From NCBI GenBank assembly GCA_963829055.1, contig CAWHHI010000004.1, forward strand, positions 320,001-384,000: 64,000 nucleotides of DNA. The letters are read 5' to 3'. The DNA comes from an uncultured Gemmatimonadaceae bacterium. Its GTDB lineage: Bacteria; Gemmatimonadota; Gemmatimonadetes; Gemmatimonadales; Gemmatimonadaceae. The notes under the pieces are model-generated. The model had not been told where the DNA came from and ran no database searches. It was given only the letters and a program-made list of their open reading frames with translations. Made by a program: the position numbers and the translations under genes. Shown piece after piece: positions 60,784 to 64,000 of this stretch; within the stretch, counting starts at the first letter, position 1, and every line of letters starts with the position of its first letter.

Positions 60784-61742
60784 GTCGGTACGCCGCCATC
60801 GAGAATCGTGGCCAACTTGGCGGCGTCGATGTTGCCGCCCGATACCACGCACACGACCTTGCCGCCGATGTGATGACGCAACGCCGCCGCGAGGGCGGCG
60901 CCTCCCGCGCCCTCTGCCACGACGCGAGCGCGCTCCGCGAGCAGGCGAACCGCCGCAGCCACGTCTTCGACGCTCGAGACGAGCGCGCCAGTCAGGAGCG
61001 TGCTGACGAGTGGCCACATCTCCGCGAGTACGCCCATCCCACCAATGCCGTCGACGAAGCTGGGCGTGCGCTCCACCCGAATTGGAGCGCCGGCCGCGAG
61101 CGCTGACGTGAGCGGCGTGGCGGTGTCGACTTCGCATCCGAAGACTCGCGCGTTAGGCGCCAGCGCCCGAACGGCCGTCGCGATGCCGCTGCTCAGACCT
61201 CCGCCACCGAACGGGACGAGGACGGTGTCCACGTCAGGCAGGTCTTCGACGATCTCGAGGCCGATCGTTCCATTGCCGGCGACGACTGCGGGATCGGATA
61301 CCGGATGCACGAACAGGCCGTCGATGCCGGGATACGAATGGTCCACGAGCGTCTGCCACCAACGGTCGTAGGACACCTTCACGACGCGTCCGCCCAGCCG
61401 CTCGATGGCGTCGATCTTCGTGTGTGGCGCGTGGTCCGGCACGACGACGGCGCAGGGCACGCCGAAATGCCGAGCGGCCCACGCGACGCCCTGCGCCATG
61501 TTGCCGGCGCTCGCTGTGTACGCGCCTTGCGCGAGACGCTCGGATCCGGCGAGCAACATGGCATTCGCGGCGCCGCGGAGCTTGAACGAGCCGATAGGCT
61601 GGAGGTTCTCGAGCTTGAGCCAGATCTCACCCGCCGCGCCCGGAACGTCGAGCCTAACGAGCGGCGTGCGCACCGTGACGCCAGACAGTCGCTCGCGCGC
61701 AGCTCGGACGTCCGCGATCGTGATCTGGTCAGGCGTCGGCAT
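60780..61742 (-). CDS. Threonine/serine dehydratase (PLP fold II, no regulatory domain)
   Basis: [31 protein letters not shown] and SGGN; intact ORF. Confidence 0.9.
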   Translation of the reverse strand: MPTPDQITIADVRAARERLSGVTVRTPLVRLDVPGAAGEIWLKLENLQPIGSFKLRGAANAMLLAGSERLAQGAYTASAGNMAQGVAWAARHFGVPCAVVVPDHAPHTKIDAIERLGGRVVKVSYDRWWQTLVDHSYPGIDGLFVHPVSDPAVVAGNGTIGLEIVEDLPDVDTVLVPFGGGGLSSGIATAVRALAPNARVFGCEVDTATPLTSALAAGAPIRVERTPSFVDGIGGMGVLAEMWPLVSTLLTGALVSSVEDVAAAVRLLAERARVVAEGAGGAALAAALRHHIGGKVVCVVSGGNIDAAKLATILDGGVPT

Positions 61743-62769
61743 CGCGGAGACCGCCCAGGTCCACCCAGCTGCCGGCACCCGTGGCGACGGCGCGATCATA
61801 GATCCGTCGTGCGGCCGCGACGTCCTCGATCGCGAGGCCTAACGACTTGAAGACCGTGAGCTCGTCCGCCGACCGTCGGCCGACGATGCGTGGTGGGGCG
61901 ACGAGCAATTCACCGATCTCGCCCACGATGTGCTCGTCGCCGACGAGCCCCTCGCGCTTCGGCACCAGGAAGTCGCCCGCTTCGTTGATGGCGGACTCGC
62001 GGCGATCGACGTAAAAACGCGCCGCGGCGACCGTCGCCGAGTCGAGCTCACGGGCGGTCGCGAGGCTCGCGCCGACGGCGTTCACGTGTGCGCCCGGCGC
62101 GAGCCACTCTCGCGAGAGTACCGGCTCGCGCGAAGACGTGACAGTGCAGACGACGTCGGCACCTTCGACTGCCTGACGAGCGGTGGCGCAGACGACGATG
62201 TTCACTCCGTTCGCGCCATTGGCTTTCGTCCGTTCGGCGAAGTGGCGCGCGCGTTCGCCCGATCGGCTCCAGACGCGAACGTCGCGGAATGGACGAACGA
62301 GGCTCAGCGACTCGAGGTGCGTCGCCGCCTGCACCCCGGCGCCGAGTAGGGCGAGCGTGCTCGATTCAGGACGCGAGAGCAGACGCGTCGCGACGGCGGT
62401 GACCGCCGCGGTGCGGAGTCCGGTAATGGTGCTTGCGTCGATGATCGCGATGAGGCGCCCGTGTTCGGTGTCGAACAGCAGCACGGCGCCCTGATGCGAG
62501 TCGTATGGCGTGGCGTCGTTGCCGGGGAAGACCGTGATGACCTTCGCGCCCAACGCCGATGGTTGGTCGAGCGCCGCGGGCATGACCGCGAACGCGTTGC
62601 GCCCGTCGTGCAGTCGCACGACCTGGCGAAGCGGCAGGATGGCGCCGCCCTGCGCGAGCGTGCGCAGCGCGTCGGTCATCGCCTCGATGCATTCGGACAT
62701 CGGGAGGAGCGCGATGACGTCGCGGTGCCCGACGAGCAGCGTACCTGTGTGAGCCGGTGGGGTCGACAC
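61729..62769 (-). CDS. Ornithine cyclodeaminase/mu-crystallin family protein
   Basis: MPA...GAKVITVFPGN, ITGLRTAA, GAGVQA, HVNAVG and FKSLGLAIED; intact ORF. Confidence 0.92.
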   Translation of the reverse strand: MSTPPAHTGTLLVGHRDVIALLPMSECIEAMTDALRTLAQGGAILPLRQVVRLHDGRNAFAVMPAALDQPSALGAKVITVFPGNDATPYDSHQGAVLLFDTEHGRLIAIIDASTITGLRTAAVTAVATRLLSRPESSTLALLGAGVQAATHLESLSLVRPFRDVRVWSRSGERARHFAERTKANGANGVNIVVCATARQAVEGADVVCTVTSSREPVLSREWLAPGAHVNAVGASLATARELDSATVAAARFYVDRRESAINEAGDFLVPKREGLVGDEHIVGEIGELLVAPPRIVGRRSADELTVFKSLGLAIEDVAAARRIYDRAVATGAGSWVDLGGLRDADA

Positions 62770-62777
62770 GCGATTCT

Positions 62778-63284
62778 CTAGAGTTGGCGGACGCCGGACA
62801 TGAGCACGCCGCGGAGCACTTCGATGGCTTCACCGGCGCTCGCCGACGCGCGCACTACGTCGGGATCGAGGATGCGGAAGAACTTCGCGGTGGTTTCGTC
62901 GGGGCGGAGCAGCACGACGGGCTTCTTGGCACGGATCGCGAGCGCGACCTCGGATGCGGTCCCGGCATTCATGCCGCACACGACACAGGCATTCGCGGAC
63001 AGCGCGATGACGGCGTTGCGCGCTTCGCCGAGGCCGGTCGCGAGTACGACGTCGATGGCGGGCGATGCGCCGAGCGTATCAGGCGTTGGCAGGAGTCCGA
63101 CGGTGAGACCGCCGGCTGCGCGCGCGCCCTTGGCGGCGGCGCCCATCACGCCGGCCACACGACCTCCGGTCAGCACGCCCCAGCCGGCCTTCGCGACCAA
63201 CTCGCCGATGAGCGTCGCGTCGTCCATCTCTTTCTGCCCGGCGCCTTCGCCCGGTCCGAGCACACCGATCAGGATCCGTCGCAT
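62778..63284 (-). CDS. LOG/SLOG-family (TIGR00725-like) nucleotide-binding protein
   Basis: IGVLG, LTGG..GVMGAA.KGA, VGLLP, TGLGEARN and GTASE. Confidence 0.85.
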   Translation of the reverse strand: MRRILIGVLGPGEGAGQKEMDDATLIGELVAKAGWGVLTGGRVAGVMGAAAKGARAAGGLTVGLLPTPDTLGASPAIDVVLATGLGEARNAVIALSANACVVCGMNAGTASEVALAIRAKKPVVLLRPDETTAKFFRILDPDVVRASASAGEAIEVLRGVLMSGVRQL

Positions 63285-63325
63285 ATCGCGGATGCTAACG
63301 ATACGAGGACGGTCACGCGACCACT

Positions 63326-63477
63326 TGTCATTCCGAGCGAGCGAAGCCGGGTGCCCACCGCAGGTGGGCGCATGAGGAATCGCGATCGTACAGGTAGAGA
63401 GCCCTCTACCCGGAACCGCACGATTCCTCATGCGCCCAGAGGGCACCCGCGGCCTGCGGCCTCCGCTCGGAATGACA
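63326..63477. repeat. GTCATTCCGAG...CTCGGAATGAC palindromic repeat, copy D
   Basis: TGTCATTCCGAGCG/CGCTCGGAATGACA; shares GAGGAATCG, GAGCCCTCTACCCG and CGATTCCTC with copy A. Confidence 0.85.
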
Positions 63478-63531
63478 GCGCCTCGACCCACTTGGCTCGC
63501 TCGGCACGACCACCCGTTAGGCGTCGCGAAT

Positions 63532-64000
63532 TCAGGGGACGATGCGAGCGCGGCGGATCACGTCCAGCTTCGGAAAGCTCTGCGTGAGGTACGCATTGCC
63601 TTCCGTGGCGATCTTGCCCTGGTCCGGTCCCGCGCCGTACGGCGCGCCCTCGCCGTAGCCCGCGTACAGGCTGTCCACGACCGCCATGCCATCGACCACC
63701 TCACCGATCGGCGCGAAGGCCATCGCGTCGAGGTTCGAGTTGTCGGCGTAGTTGATGAACAGCTGCGTGGATCGCGTGTTCGGTTGATCCATCTTCGCGA
63801 ACGTCACCGTGCCGCGCTTGTTGCTCTTCTTGACGGAATCGTCCTCGATGTTCAGCGACTCCCACGCGGCGTTCACGCGCGGGTCACCGTTGAGCCCGAA
63901 CTGCGCCATGAAGCCCTGCAGGACTCTGAAGAAGCGCGTGTCGTCGAAGAAGCCCAGCTGCACGAGATGGTAGAACCGGTCGACACCGCGCGGCGCCCAA
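63532..64000 (-). CDS. Cyclophilin-type peptidyl-prolyl isomerase, 5'-truncated by the window
   Basis: WAPRGVDRF, FFRVLQGFMAQFG, RSTQLFIN and GNAYL..FPKLD. Confidence 0.9.
   Translation of the reverse strand, partial: WAPRGVDRFYHLVQLGFFDDTRFFRVLQGFMAQFGLNGDPRVNAAWESLNIEDDSVKKSNKRGTVTFAKMDQPNTRSTQLFINYADNSNLDAMAFAPIGEVVDGMAVVDSLYAGYGEGAPYGAGPDQGKIATEGNAYLTQSFPKLDVIRRARIVP

Noticed and set aside
1630..63521. Integron attC sites, because GCCTAAC and GTTAGGC match the RYYYAAC/GTTRRRY cores
   Set aside because: The copies are mostly inside housekeeping genes, I found no inverse-core/core pair at attC-like spacing, and there is no integrase or cassette array.
1..64000. CRISPR array, tRNA, rRNA, transposase or prophage genes
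   Set aside because: No regularly spaced direct repeats with unique spacers, no cloverleaf or rRNA signatures, and no cas, transposase or phage motifs.

Overview
GC-rich (roughly 68% by eye) bacterial chromosomal segment, most likely Gemmatimonadota. That is an inference from gene style: a SusC/SusD pair, an Ig-like lipoprotein, an ECF sigma next to a Ser/Thr kinase, and DUF5916/DUF4403-type proteins. Most genes between about 3.7 and 60 kb are broken by single-base indels, including core genes such as sucA, nadA/B/C, lspA and ackA. I read this as long-read consensus error, so I stitched genes across frames and their ends are approximate. Gene content: a CheR/CheB-plus-hybrid-kinase signalling cluster with no chemoreceptor; sucA; a PIG-L deacetylase facing a sodium:solute symporter; NDH-2; a REC-ANTAR regulator; an MFS transporter; a BMP nucleoside ABC operon; susC-susD; nadB-nadA-nadC; YyaL; MATE; an M20 dipeptidase; an ECF sigma/kinase module; a macro domain protein; lspA; an aldo/keto reductase; a Ca2+/H+ exchanger; and an OCD-family/Ser-Thr dehydratase/ackA operon. 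I found no rRNA, tRNA, CRISPR array or transposase. The strongest unexplained signal is a non-palindromic heptamer, CCTAACG/CGTTAGG. I counted 40 exact copies by hand, spread over both strands, mostly inside genes, where they force otherwise rare codons. Also present: four GTCATYCCGAG...CTCGGRATGAC palindromic repeats, heptamer-array hairpins (two of them translated in-frame inside ABC genes), and a ~410 bp fold-back element directly upstream of nadB.
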